DNA of 33,742 nucleotides from a virus. Taxonomy: Duplodnaviria > Caudoviricetes. The stretch covers positions 1 to 33,742 of the IMG/VR virus record IMGVR_UViG_3300035210_000079; one strand, written 5' to 3'. Every line of letters begins with the position of its first letter. Position 1 is the stretch's first letter. Below the pieces are notes generated by a model. The model saw only the letters and a program-made list of their open reading frames with translations, did no database searches and was not told where the DNA came from. Shown here one piece after another: positions 18,167 through 25,312 of this stretch. A program made the position numbers and the translations under genes.

Positions 18167-20320
18167 TCACCCGGTCGGCCATCCGTGCCCCTGCTCTTCC
18201 TCGTCGTCCCCGCTGAAGTGGAAGCCGACCGCATCGCCCACCGCTCCACAGCCGAACATTCCCCAGACCATGGCGTCCATGCGGTCAGGGCTCTTGTCGT
18301 CCACCTCCGGGTTCCAGTCGCAGTTATGGACCAGCACGCCATTGGCGAAGAACTCGGGAAGATGGCCAGGCACCACCGACAGGTTGTAGACGATCGTCGC
18401 CTCAACGACTCGATGCACGACAGCAAGTACGCGAGCAAAACCGCGCCCGCATCCCGACAGATTCAAACCGGGTGCCGCACTGCTGGCAGACAAGCGAACG
18501 AGGCACGCGATTCGCCCACCCCTTTTTCCGGGCCCTCGAACGCTCTTCCGTCGTGAACGCAACAAAGCCACGCGGCGGGTGGGATGCGACATGCTCTTTC
18601 GGGCTGAGGAGTTCGAGGTTCTCGATTCGGTTGTTGCCTGGATTTCCGTCTCGGTGGTGAACGTGCATCCCACGGGGGATTCGCCCATGATGCGCTGACC
18701 AGACGAGCCTGTGCAGGAGTTGGCCGCGTGCGTGCTTGAAGTGCCCGGATTTGGCTCGGTGGAACCACCGGCCACGCCACGCGATGGGGGCACCGAATCG
18801 CCCTGCCCTGGGAGGACGCGAAGGATGCTTCCAGCCCAAACAGATTTCGCACTCACAAACGACGCCAGGGATTGATCGAATATTGGATGGCATGGAGTTG
18901 AAGATACTACTCCATGCGAATAAATCACATCGACAAGCGTTGTTGTTTCACCAGTTTTCCCAGCCCACGCCACCGGCGCAAATCCAGATCGGGTCAAGAC
19001 GCGATCACCACGGATGACGGATTCGATCGGTATCGAGCCACGATCTGTTTCGATCATCGTACCCGCGACCAAGCACATCTCGTCCTCCAGCTGGGGGAAT
19101 GCCCCGACGTGGTGGACGCGCCCTTGCTCGTACAGGGCCGACACGGGTTCGGCGCGGGTCTTCTTGCCTCGGCTGGCGTGCACGCCACGGAACCGCACGG
19201 CGCTGCGCTGGGTGCGGATGACGAATTCCACCATGTCGCCGCCCTGGTTCGTCTCGCCGATGATCTCGTCCGCGTCGGATTCGTCGAGCGTCTGGATCAC
19301 CCTCTTTCCCCAGCCATCGGGGAGCGCCTGGACCGAGGTGTCGGCCAGGATGTAGAAGTGCGGCGGGCTCTGCTGGTCGCGGCCGACGACCACGATCCCG
19401 GTGTAGTCGCTCGTTTCCTTGCCCGTGGCGGCCGGGTCCACGCCCACGACGATCTTGGTCAGGTGCGGGAGCTTGGAGGGCGAGATCCGGGCCGCGTCGA
19501 TTTGCGACCGCTTCCACAGGGCGCCGGGGTTGTCCTCGAGCACCTGGGCGTAGATCTCCTGTCGCCCCAACCGTGTGCCCTCGTACTTCTCGAGGACCTT
19601 GGACAAGAACGTCCGCGCCAGGTTCTGGGCGTTGTCGAACGTGCTGCCCCTGGTGATGACCGTGGTCGGCGACTTGATCAACGTCTTGACAAGCGCCGTC
19701 GGCTTGGGCGTGGTCGTGACGACGGCCTGCGGATTGTCTCCCAATCGAAGGCCAAACATTGCTTGGTCCCACGAATCCGGGTAGCGCCAAGACGCCAATT
19801 CGTCACACCAGAGCTTGCAACTTTGTTTCCCCCGCAGGCGCTCAGGCTCTTCGGCAGAAAATGTCAGGGACACGGCGCCGTTGGGCCAGATCAGTTTGCA
19901 TTCGCTCTTGCGGTACACCGGGCGTTCGTGGTTCGGGCAGATCGCAAGGATGCCCGACTCGCCCTCGATCATGATGTCGCGCGCGTCGCTGGCCGTGGCG
20001 CCGATCAGGTTCACGTAGGCGTTCGTCTTCACCCACTCGCGGACCTTCTCGGCGCCTGCCCGCGTCTTGCCGAATCCACGGCCCGCCAAGATGAGCCAAA
20101 CGATGTGGTCGACGTCAGTGGGTTGCAGCTGGGAGGGGCGGGCCAGCCAATTCCAATTCCATTTGAGGTTGTACTTCAGCCGGATTCGCTGGGGCGGCGT
20201 CAACGAATCGTAGTAGGCCTTCCGATCGACGACACCCCACTTTGTCGCCATCTCCTGGGCCCGTGAGAGCTCAGGGACACGCTCGACAATTTCTGGCTCG
20301 GCTGTCGCCTCGTCGCTCAC
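18167..20320 (-). CDS. terL: terminase large subunit, intein-containing
   Basis: Walker A AGRGFGKT, Walker B LWCDE, coupling motif VTTTP, nuclease motifs VGVDPA and SPDRMDA. Interrupted by an intein at aa 416-666. Confidence 0.97.
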   Translation of the reverse strand: MSDEATAEPEIVERVPELSRAQEMATKWGVVDRKAYYDSLTPPQRIRLKYNLKWNWNWLARPSQLQPTDVDHIVWLILAGRGFGKTRAGAEKVREWVKTNAYVNLIGATASDARDIMIEGESGILAICPNHERPVYRKSECKLIWPNGAVSLTFSAEEPERLRGKQSCKLWCDELASWRYPDSWDQAMFGLRLGDNPQAVVTTTPKPTALVKTLIKSPTTVITRGSTFDNAQNLARTFLSKVLEKYEGTRLGRQEIYAQVLEDNPGALWKRSQIDAARISPSKLPHLTKIVVGVDPAATGKETSDYTGIVVVGRDQQSPPHFYILADTSVQALPDGWGKRVIQTLDESDADEIIGETNQGGDMVEFVIRTQRSAVRFRGVHASRGKKTRAEPVSALYEQGRVHHVGAFPQLEDEMCLVAGTMIETDRGSIPIESVIRGDRVLTRSGFAPVAWAGKTGETTTLVDVIYSHGVVSSTPCHPIFDQSLASFVSAKSVWAGSILRVLPGQGDSVPPSRGVAGGSTEPNPGTSSTHAANSCTGSSGQRIMGESPVGCTFTTETEIQATTESRTSNSSARKSMSHPTRRVALLRSRRKSVRGPGKRGGRIACLVRLSASSAAPGLNLSGCGRGFARVLAVVHRVVEATIVYNLSVVPGHLPEFFANGVLVHNCDWNPEVDDKSPDRMDAMVWGMFGCGAVGDAVGFHFSGDDEEEQGHGWPTG
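18323..19075 (-). mobile_element. intein (Hint domain), 251 aa, in the TerL nuclease domain
   Basis: Block A CLVAGTMIETDRG, GDRVLT, block B TPCHPIF, block F VYNLSV, block G FFANGVLVHN followed by Cys+1. Removing it restores QLEDEM-CDWNP...SPDRMDA. Confidence 0.95.
18402..18893 (-). CDS. HNH homing endonuclease with C-terminal Zn finger, nested out of frame inside the intein
   Basis: HRLVWSAHHGRIPRGMHVHHRDGNPGNNRIENLELLSPKEH matches the HNH_3-type signature, followed by CQQCG...FCSRTC. The frame is -1 relative to TerL. The start codon is uncertain. Confidence 0.85.
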   Translation of the reverse strand: MPSNIRSIPGVVCECEICLGWKHPSRPPRAGRFGAPIAWRGRWFHRAKSGHFKHARGQLLHRLVWSAHHGRIPRGMHVHHRDGNPGNNRIENLELLSPKEHVASHPPRGFVAFTTEERSRARKKGWANRVPRSLVCQQCGTRFESVGMRARFCSRTCCRASSR

Positions 20321-21090
20321 TTGGGACGGAACCTCTCGAAGGCCTGCTCCAGGTCGTCGTCGCTGGGTGCGTCGTCGGCACGGATGGGCGGCGCGATCTT
20401 CTCGAGGTCGGCCATGCTGGGGGCTTGGAGCGCTTGGGTTTGCGACAGCGTGCGCATGTGGTCGAGCTCCATCTTGGCCAGCGCCTGGGCGCTCATGAGG
20501 CGATCACCGTCCAACTCGATTTCGTGCTCGTCGTGCAGCTTGAACTTTTTCTCGCCTCGCATCGCGGCACGAAAGATGCCCACCGCGTCGCGGATGTTCT
20601 GGTACGACTCCTGGGTGCGCTTGTACCAACCGAGGTTGAACCGTTGCCGGGCCTCCTTGTCGTGGAAAATCGCCTCGGGTGCCGACGGGTTGATCAGGTA
20701 GCAGATCCGGACGAAGTTTTCGCCCGCTTCGCCACCGGCTTCCAAGAGTTCGCGCTGGTGGGCCGTGTAGCCGGATGGCACGGCCTGGAGCTCTTGCAGG
20801 TCAACGCCGAAGGACTCGGGGGGCAGGTTCCCGGCTGAGTCGGCCATCTGTTCGATCGTCGGGGTGCGGGCCCTGGAGGTCTTGGGCGCCGGGATGATCA
20901 CGGGGCGGGGGTTCTTGACGCTCCACGTTGCGTTGGTGGGATTCACCGGGTCGATCCGGCCCGTGGCCTCGTCCCTGGTGAGGCGTCCTTGCTTGGCGGC
21001 AAGCTGGACGGCACCCAGCGAACACCCCTTGAGGCGGGCGAATTCTCGGAGTCCTAGAAGGGTCATAGGGGAAAAGGTAAGGCCGGTCAC
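20317..21090 (-). CDS. terS: terminase small subunit
   Basis: N-terminal HTH (LGLREFARLKGCSLGAVQLAAKQGRL); the stop overlaps the terL start (GTGA). Alternative start at ATG 21066. Confidence 0.7.
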   Translation of the reverse strand: MTGLTFSPMTLLGLREFARLKGCSLGAVQLAAKQGRLTRDEATGRIDPVNPTNATWSVKNPRPVIIPAPKTSRARTPTIEQMADSAGNLPPESFGVDLQELQAVPSGYTAHQRELLEAGGEAGENFVRICYLINPSAPEAIFHDKEARQRFNLGWYKRTQESYQNIRDAVGIFRAAMRGEKKFKLHDEHEIELDGDRLMSAQALAKMELDHMRTLSQTQALQAPSMADLEKIAPPIRADDAPSDDDLEQAFERFRPK

Positions 21091-21121
21091 CGGTCAAAAA
21101 AAGTCGTTGACTGGTGACCGG
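21083..21121. repeat. 15-bp inverted repeat (1 mismatch, 9-nt loop) upstream of terS
   Basis: CCGGTCACCGGTCAA-AAAAAGTCG-TTGACTGGTGACCGG. Confidence 0.75.
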
Positions 21122-21133
21122 TGACTTTTGCGG

Positions 21134-21271
21134 TCAGCTCGCCGAGCGAGAAGTCGAACGGCCCGCGCTGGTCTTGCCCTTGGTCTTTCCCGCTTTGGCC
21201 TTCGCCTTGCCGAGGGGCTTGGCTTTGGCCTTGGTGGGCGCCTTGGCTTTGATCTTGGGTTTCGTTGCCAT
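21134..21271 (-). CDS. 45-aa Lys/Ala-rich basic peptide
   Basis: Not in the ORF track. MATKPKIKAKAPTKAKAKPLGKAKAKAGKTKGKTSAGRSTSRSAS, with TGATG coupling to the upstream gene and AAG/GCC codon usage typical of this phage. Confidence 0.75.
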   Translation of the reverse strand: MATKPKIKAKAPTKAKAKPLGKAKAKAGKTKGKTSAGRSTSRSAS

Positions 21272-21576
21272 CAGGAGTCACTTTCCGTTGAGGTATCGAC
21301 CAGAAGCTGGTCGCCCCAAACATACTCGTCGTCGATCAACTCCACGCCCATTTGGGCGGTGAAGTCGTCGCGCTCCTTGCGGGTCCGGAAGACGACCGCG
21401 AAGTAGAAGCCGCCATCCAGGGTGTCCTGCACGTCCTTTTCGTGGGCCCTCTTCTTGGCCAGGGCTTCGTCGACCGGCTTGTTCAGGTCCTCGACGACCT
21501 GGTCGATCGAGCGTGCCTTCTTGGCCTCGTCGACCTTGGCAGCTCCGAAGCTTTTCATGTTGCCAAATCCGCGCAT
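21271..21576 (-). CDS. hypothetical protein (101 aa) of the PP-loop cassette
   Basis: TAATG coupling; DGGFYFAVVFRTRKERDDF...EYVWG. Confidence 0.75.
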   Translation of the reverse strand: MRGFGNMKSFGAAKVDEAKKARSIDQVVEDLNKPVDEALAKKRAHEKDVQDTLDGGFYFAVVFRTRKERDDFTAQMGVELIDDEYVWGDQLLVDTSTESDS

Positions 21577-22343
21577 TAGAAGCCGACCTCCTGCTCCAAG
21601 GACATGGAGCCGTAACATTTGATCCGGGTGTTGATGTCGTGACCGATCTTAATCCGCTGCGCTTGAGCCTCCAGCAGGTGGATCATGGGGTAGACGGCTC
21701 GGCATGCGTTCCACGTCTCGGGCGCCTTCTTGGCCATCGCCAGGGCTACAGAGGCGCGAGGGCTTTCGAACGATCGGCCAAGGAATCGGTATTCGTAGGG
21801 CAGTTTGATCTTGCCGTAGTTGCGGATGATCGCGGCCGTCTCCTGCATGGTCAGGGAGGCGCCTGGATTCCATTCGGTGCCGCGGAGTGGCCCGTACTCC
21901 ATCAGGGTCCGGAATCGGAAGTAGCCTTCGGTGTAGCGCAGGCCGACAGCCAGGACGGGGTTGCGGGGGAATGCCGCCAGGATCTGGGCGTTCAGCTGGT
22001 CCTTGTTGAACGTCTTGGGGCTCAGGGGCGAATCGTCGTTCATTCGCTGCCCAACGCCTGGTCGTTGGTACAGGCCGTTTCGAAGGTCGTCGGTCCCGAG
22101 CACGGACGGAATCCGATAGACCTTCTCGCCGGTGACTGATTCGAAATAGCGGATATAATTTTCAATCATTGGCAATCGCGGAATGTATTGCATATAGACC
22201 AATGCCGCGGGTTTGATTCCCCATTCGCGCATTCGCAGGTAGCACGCTAGGCTGTCGGCGCCGGTGCTGAAGGCAAGGATCACGTCGCGATCCCGCATCG
22301 AATCGACTTGTGCCACAATCTTCTTTTCGAGTTCGATTTGCAT
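21576..22343 (-). CDS. PP-loop adenine nucleotide alpha-hydrolase / PAPS-reductase-like protein
   Basis: N-terminal VILAFSTGADSLA is a variant of the SGGKDS PP-loop; later LAVGLR and YRFLGRSFE. Confidence 0.75.
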   Translation of the reverse strand: MQIELEKKIVAQVDSMRDRDVILAFSTGADSLACYLRMREWGIKPAALVYMQYIPRLPMIENYIRYFESVTGEKVYRIPSVLGTDDLRNGLYQRPGVGQRMNDDSPLSPKTFNKDQLNAQILAAFPRNPVLAVGLRYTEGYFRFRTLMEYGPLRGTEWNPGASLTMQETAAIIRNYGKIKLPYEYRFLGRSFESPRASVALAMAKKAPETWNACRAVYPMIHLLEAQAQRIKIGHDINTRIKCYGSMSLEQEVGF

Positions 22344-22347
22344 AATA

Positions 22348-23016
22348 TCAATCTACTGTCGATTGGGGTGTTGGCAAAACTGTATTTGGATTTGATGGCG
22401 GGATTTCGATTAAATCTGGATTGAATCCAAGCAAGAAGATTTCGCCACGGAGCTTTTCGATTGATCGTTCGGCGTCTTGAATGCGCGATGGCCGCTCCGG
22501 TGTTCGCTGGGCCATCCGGAGTTCACGTTCCGCCGCCTTGAGCAAACTCTTCTTGCCGATCGCTTCGTTTTCCTTCCACGTGAACTGCTTGGCCTCACCC
22601 CGTTTTTGTCTGGGGGGGGCCCCCAAGGGGGGATGGATCGTTGGATCGCTGGATACATGGATTGTTGGATTGTTGGATTGTTGGATTGGGTCACCCGCTG
22701 GGTTACCCAACCCGGTACCCGTGGGTAACCCGTGGGTACCGTTCGGGTTCTTTTTGGCCTGTTTTGCCAATTTCGCTAAATCTGACTTTGCCTTCTGTTC
22801 GTCCCGAAAATCCTCGACCTCCTCGAAGTGTTGGGCGCCGAAGTTGAAGCCGATCCTCTTGGCCTCTGACCATGATTCGCGAGGGGGATAGCCACGTACC
22901 CCAACCATGTATCCACTAAGCCATTCAGCCATTTCCAGTGGGCCATCTAAACCAGCAAGTAGCGCCGACATGTCATCGATATTGACTCGAACGATAAATG
23001 TCCGTTTCCGGCTCAT
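22348..23016 (-). CDS. putative replication initiator protein
   Basis: Helical N-domain, basic helix, low-complexity linker encoded by DNA repeats, then a basic C-domain. This architecture resembles lambda O-type initiators; no family motif was recognised. Confidence 0.45.
   Translation of the reverse strand: MSRKRTFIVRVNIDDMSALLAGLDGPLEMAEWLSGYMVGVRGYPPRESWSEAKRIGFNFGAQHFEEVEDFRDEQKAKSDLAKLAKQAKKNPNGTHGLPTGTGLGNPAGDPIQQSNNPTIHVSSDPTIHPPLGAPPRQKRGEAKQFTWKENEAIGKKSLLKAAERELRMAQRTPERPSRIQDAERSIEKLRGEIFLLGFNPDLIEIPPSNPNTVLPTPQSTVD
22634..22740. repeat. iteron-like repeat cluster (candidate replication origin)
   Basis: Seven tandem 8-mers TGGATNNN (22634-22689), then ACCCGCTGGGTT and two tandem ACCCGTGGGTA (22717-22738). 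Confidence 0.65.
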
Positions 23017-23297
23017 GCGGTAGCGCCTCCAATATCATCGGGAGATTTCTTCTTGTCGATAATCTGAATCTCGCCAAGGTCGTCGAGGCTCACATTGAAT
23101 ACAGGCAATCGCATTGCCATTGTATATCCGATTAATCCTGATTTCTTTCTGATTTGCGCCGCAATATCAAATGCGGTTTCGAAGCATGTCGCGCAAAGAT
23201 TTGGCTGCGTTTCGGCGGGGGTTTCTTCAGGGGGCCAGGAGGTGTAGAATGTTCTCGTTCGGCGAACTTCAGACAAGCAGCAGTCACACTTCGGCAT
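23013..23297 (-). CDS. hypothetical protein with CxxC...CxxC
   Basis: 94 aa; CDCC and CATC; stop overlaps the next start (ATGA). Confidence 0.65.
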   Translation of the reverse strand: MPKCDCCLSEVRRTRTFYTSWPPEETPAETQPNLCATCFETAFDIAAQIRKKSGLIGYTMAMRLPVFNVSLDDLGEIQIIDKKKSPDDIGGATA

Positions 23298-23381
23298 ATC
23301 CGTCTTTCTGGTTTACACTACTTGATCAACCGGGAACCCGGTCGATGGAATCTATATCCAGTCTCGAGAGCGCGCAAGGCG

Positions 23382-23648
23382 TCACAGAAAACAGAGGGTC
23401 CAGCCAGGAAAGCCTTTGGCCCACTCCTGGGCGGCTTGACCCGGCACGACGCGTCCAAGGTCGTCCAGGTCGGCCTGCCCGGTGAATCGCGCGGTCGGGT
23501 GGACCTCGAGCCCGTAGGTGTTGGCCTTGGGGTTGGCGGCCGGTCGCTGGAGTTTGTAGCCGTAGACGCTCGAACGCGTACCCCAATCGCATTTGGTCTG
23601 CAGCTTGTCGGCCAGGGGTTTCGTACCGTGGAGGGGGTGGGCACTCAT
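23382..23648 (-). CDS. hypothetical protein (88 aa)
   Basis: ATGA coupling at 23645-23648; MSAHPLHG... Confidence 0.55.
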   Translation of the reverse strand: MSAHPLHGTKPLADKLQTKCDWGTRSSVYGYKLQRPAANPKANTYGLEVHPTARFTGQADLDDLGRVVPGQAAQEWAKGFPGWTLCFL

Positions 23649-23986
23649 GCTATGCGCCGTCTGGCGGCCCGCATCTCTTCCAGGCGTTGCTCGAAGGTCA
23701 TGCGTTCCGTTGGAAGAAACCGGAGCCGGGCCCGTGCTGCGCGGAGTTCGGGGTCCCTCTCGATCTCCTTGGCCAGGTTGGCGATTTCGGCGGTGCTGCC
23801 CGCGAAGTGTTTGCGGTCGACCGGATCCTCGCCGCCAGCGTCGCGGGTGGCCTTGCGCCTGTCGCGTTGCCGCTTCGCCTGGACGATGTCGGAGCAGACG
23901 CGGGAACAGAAGATCCGGTCCCGGGCGCCACTGAAGATCTTCGGGGGGAGGGGGCGGCCGCATTGCTGGCAGTGGGTGGCAGTCAT
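23645..23986 (-). CDS. Zn-finger protein (CQQCG...FCSRVC)
   Basis: 113 aa, ATGA-coupled, GGAG RBS; basic helical C-terminus. Confidence 0.7.
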   Translation of the reverse strand: MTATHCQQCGRPLPPKIFSGARDRIFCSRVCSDIVQAKRQRDRRKATRDAGGEDPVDRKHFAGSTAEIANLAKEIERDPELRAARARLRFLPTERMTFEQRLEEMRAARRRIA

Positions 23987-24408
23987 CGATCAATCTCCAT
24001 GAAGGTGATGGCGGCGACGCGGCCGCCGTTGGCGCGGTGGCCGGGGTAGATCTCATCGAACGCGGCCGGCGCGTCGTCCTGCTCGCGGAACAATTCCACG
24101 ACAGCAGGCATCCGGCCGGGGATCTGGTAGCCGTTGGAAAGGATCGCCGGACGTCCTGGGCGGCACGTGTCGGCGTTCCAGGGGGATTGACGGGCGATGC
24201 CCTTCTTGTCTGTGACGATGCCAGCGCGTCGGAATTCGGTCGTCTTCACGCCAGATCGGAACGCCAGGTAGTGCTCGTTCCGGAGCGGAACGAACAAGGC
24301 AACTTCGCGCCCGTCTGGGCACGTCGAGACGCCGCCGCACGGGTCTAACCCACAAGTCCGGTGATCCAAGCAATTCTTGTCGGTCCAGCGAAAGTCGTCG
24401 GGGTTCAC
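23983..24408 (-). CDS. ASCH/PUA-like domain protein
   Basis: GTGA-coupled start; LFVPLRNEHYLAFRSGVKTTEFR resembles the ASCH GxKxxExR motif. Confidence 0.55.
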   Translation of the reverse strand: MNPDDFRWTDKNCLDHRTCGLDPCGGVSTCPDGREVALFVPLRNEHYLAFRSGVKTTEFRRAGIVTDKKGIARQSPWNADTCRPGRPAILSNGYQIPGRMPAVVELFREQDDAPAAFDEIYPGHRANGGRVAAITFMEIDR

Positions 24409-24770
24409 GCCAACCCCCTTGGGCCGTGCAGTAGAACGAAGCTGGTAACCGTGATGGTCGTCGGTGGTCCAGGCATGGATTGGCGAATGTTTTCGCGGGT
24501 GAGATTGTAGGCTTCTCCCGTGTTGACTGGCCCGTTTGAATGGATCAATCCGTCCCGGTGCAACACTTCTCGCGCAAAACATTTATCCATGACGTAGGCT
24601 TCGGCGTGGAAGTGGTAGACCCATTCCTTTGGTTCGGTCTTGGGAATCTCCCCGCCCGCCGCTCTGCGCGCCATGCGGCGCAGTCGATCGATGAAGTCGA
24701 GATTCTTGTCGTCGCCGTGGACCATGGTCAGGCGGTCGGCCACCCAATCCAAAAACAAAGCGTCGTTCAT
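24405..24770 (-). CDS. hypothetical protein (121 aa)
   Basis: ATGA-coupled, GAGG RBS; MNDALFLDWVADRLTMVHG. Confidence 0.7.
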   Translation of the reverse strand: MNDALFLDWVADRLTMVHGDDKNLDFIDRLRRMARRAAGGEIPKTEPKEWVYHFHAEAYVMDKCFAREVLHRDGLIHSNGPVNTGEAYNLTRENIRQSMPGPPTTITVTSFVLLHGPRGLA

Positions 24771-24973
24771 CGGTTCCTCGTCAATCCTTGTGCGCACAGG
24801 TGAACGTTGCCGCCAGCGTCGTGCAGGCGCCATCCGCGGTCGGTTTCCTCCCAATGGAATCCGCTGGTTCCGCAGTAGCGACAGGTTTTGTCTTCTTCGG
24901 GTTCGTACCCTTCCGCCTCGAAACTGTCGCGTTGGTCCATCGCGTCGTGGTAGTGGTCGAAGGTGTCGCTCAC
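24767..24973 (-). CDS. small Zn-ribbon-like protein
   Basis: GTGA-coupled; CRYCG...W...WRL...HLC. Confidence 0.65.
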   Translation of the reverse strand: MSDTFDHYHDAMDQRDSFEAEGYEPEEDKTCRYCGTSGFHWEETDRGWRLHDAGGNVHLCAQGLTRNR

Positions 24974-25167
24974 GGGTGGGGAACCTGTAGAACCATGAGG
25001 CGCCGGCCGATGTCCTCGCGCTCTTTCATCCATTGCCAGGGGATCGGCCGTTCGGCCTCGACGTAGCGCTCCACCGCTTCGTTGATTTCGTCAAGGCGAT
25101 CCGCCAAGGTGGCCGCTTCCCACGTTTTGGTCGGGGTGAGGCCGCGAACTGGTTTTTTCTTAGTCAT
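24970..25167 (-). CDS. hypothetical protein (65 aa)
   Basis: MTKKKPVRGLTP...RLDEINEAVERY...IPWQWMKE; overlaps its neighbours. Confidence 0.7.
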   Translation of the reverse strand: MTKKKPVRGLTPTKTWEAATLADRLDEINEAVERYVEAERPIPWQWMKEREDIGRRLMVLQVPHP

Positions 25168-25312
25168 GATTTGGGCCCTTCCATTCGATGCAATTCTGCT
25201 GCGCCTTGAATGCCCGGACGCGGGCATCGACAAGCCGAGAGTGCTTCCAGGCCATGAACGCGACGGCGACGGCCATCGCGACAAGAATTGTTCGGTCGGT
25301 GGTGATTTTCAT
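25160..25312 (-). CDS. small membrane-anchored protein (50 aa)
   Basis: Not in the ORF track. ATGA-coupled with GGAGG RBS; MKITTDRTILVAMAVAVAFMAWKH has one hydrophobic helix. Confidence 0.6.
   Translation of the reverse strand: MKITTDRTILVAMAVAVAFMAWKHSRLVDARVRAFKAQQNCIEWKGPNHD

Noticed and set aside
18463-18852. Third open frame inside the intein as another gene
   Set aside because: No recognisable motif or RBS, and Pro/Arg-rich. It is noted only as context for the nested HNH.
18323-19075. Group I intron explanation for the terL insertion
   Set aside because: The insertion is an exact multiple of 3, stays open in the TerL frame and has complete intein splice motifs at both ends.
21087-21323. 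78-aa Gln/Gly-rich ORF from the track
   Set aside because: The alternative-frame Lys-rich peptide (21134-21271) has start/stop coupling and typical codon usage and is the better call.
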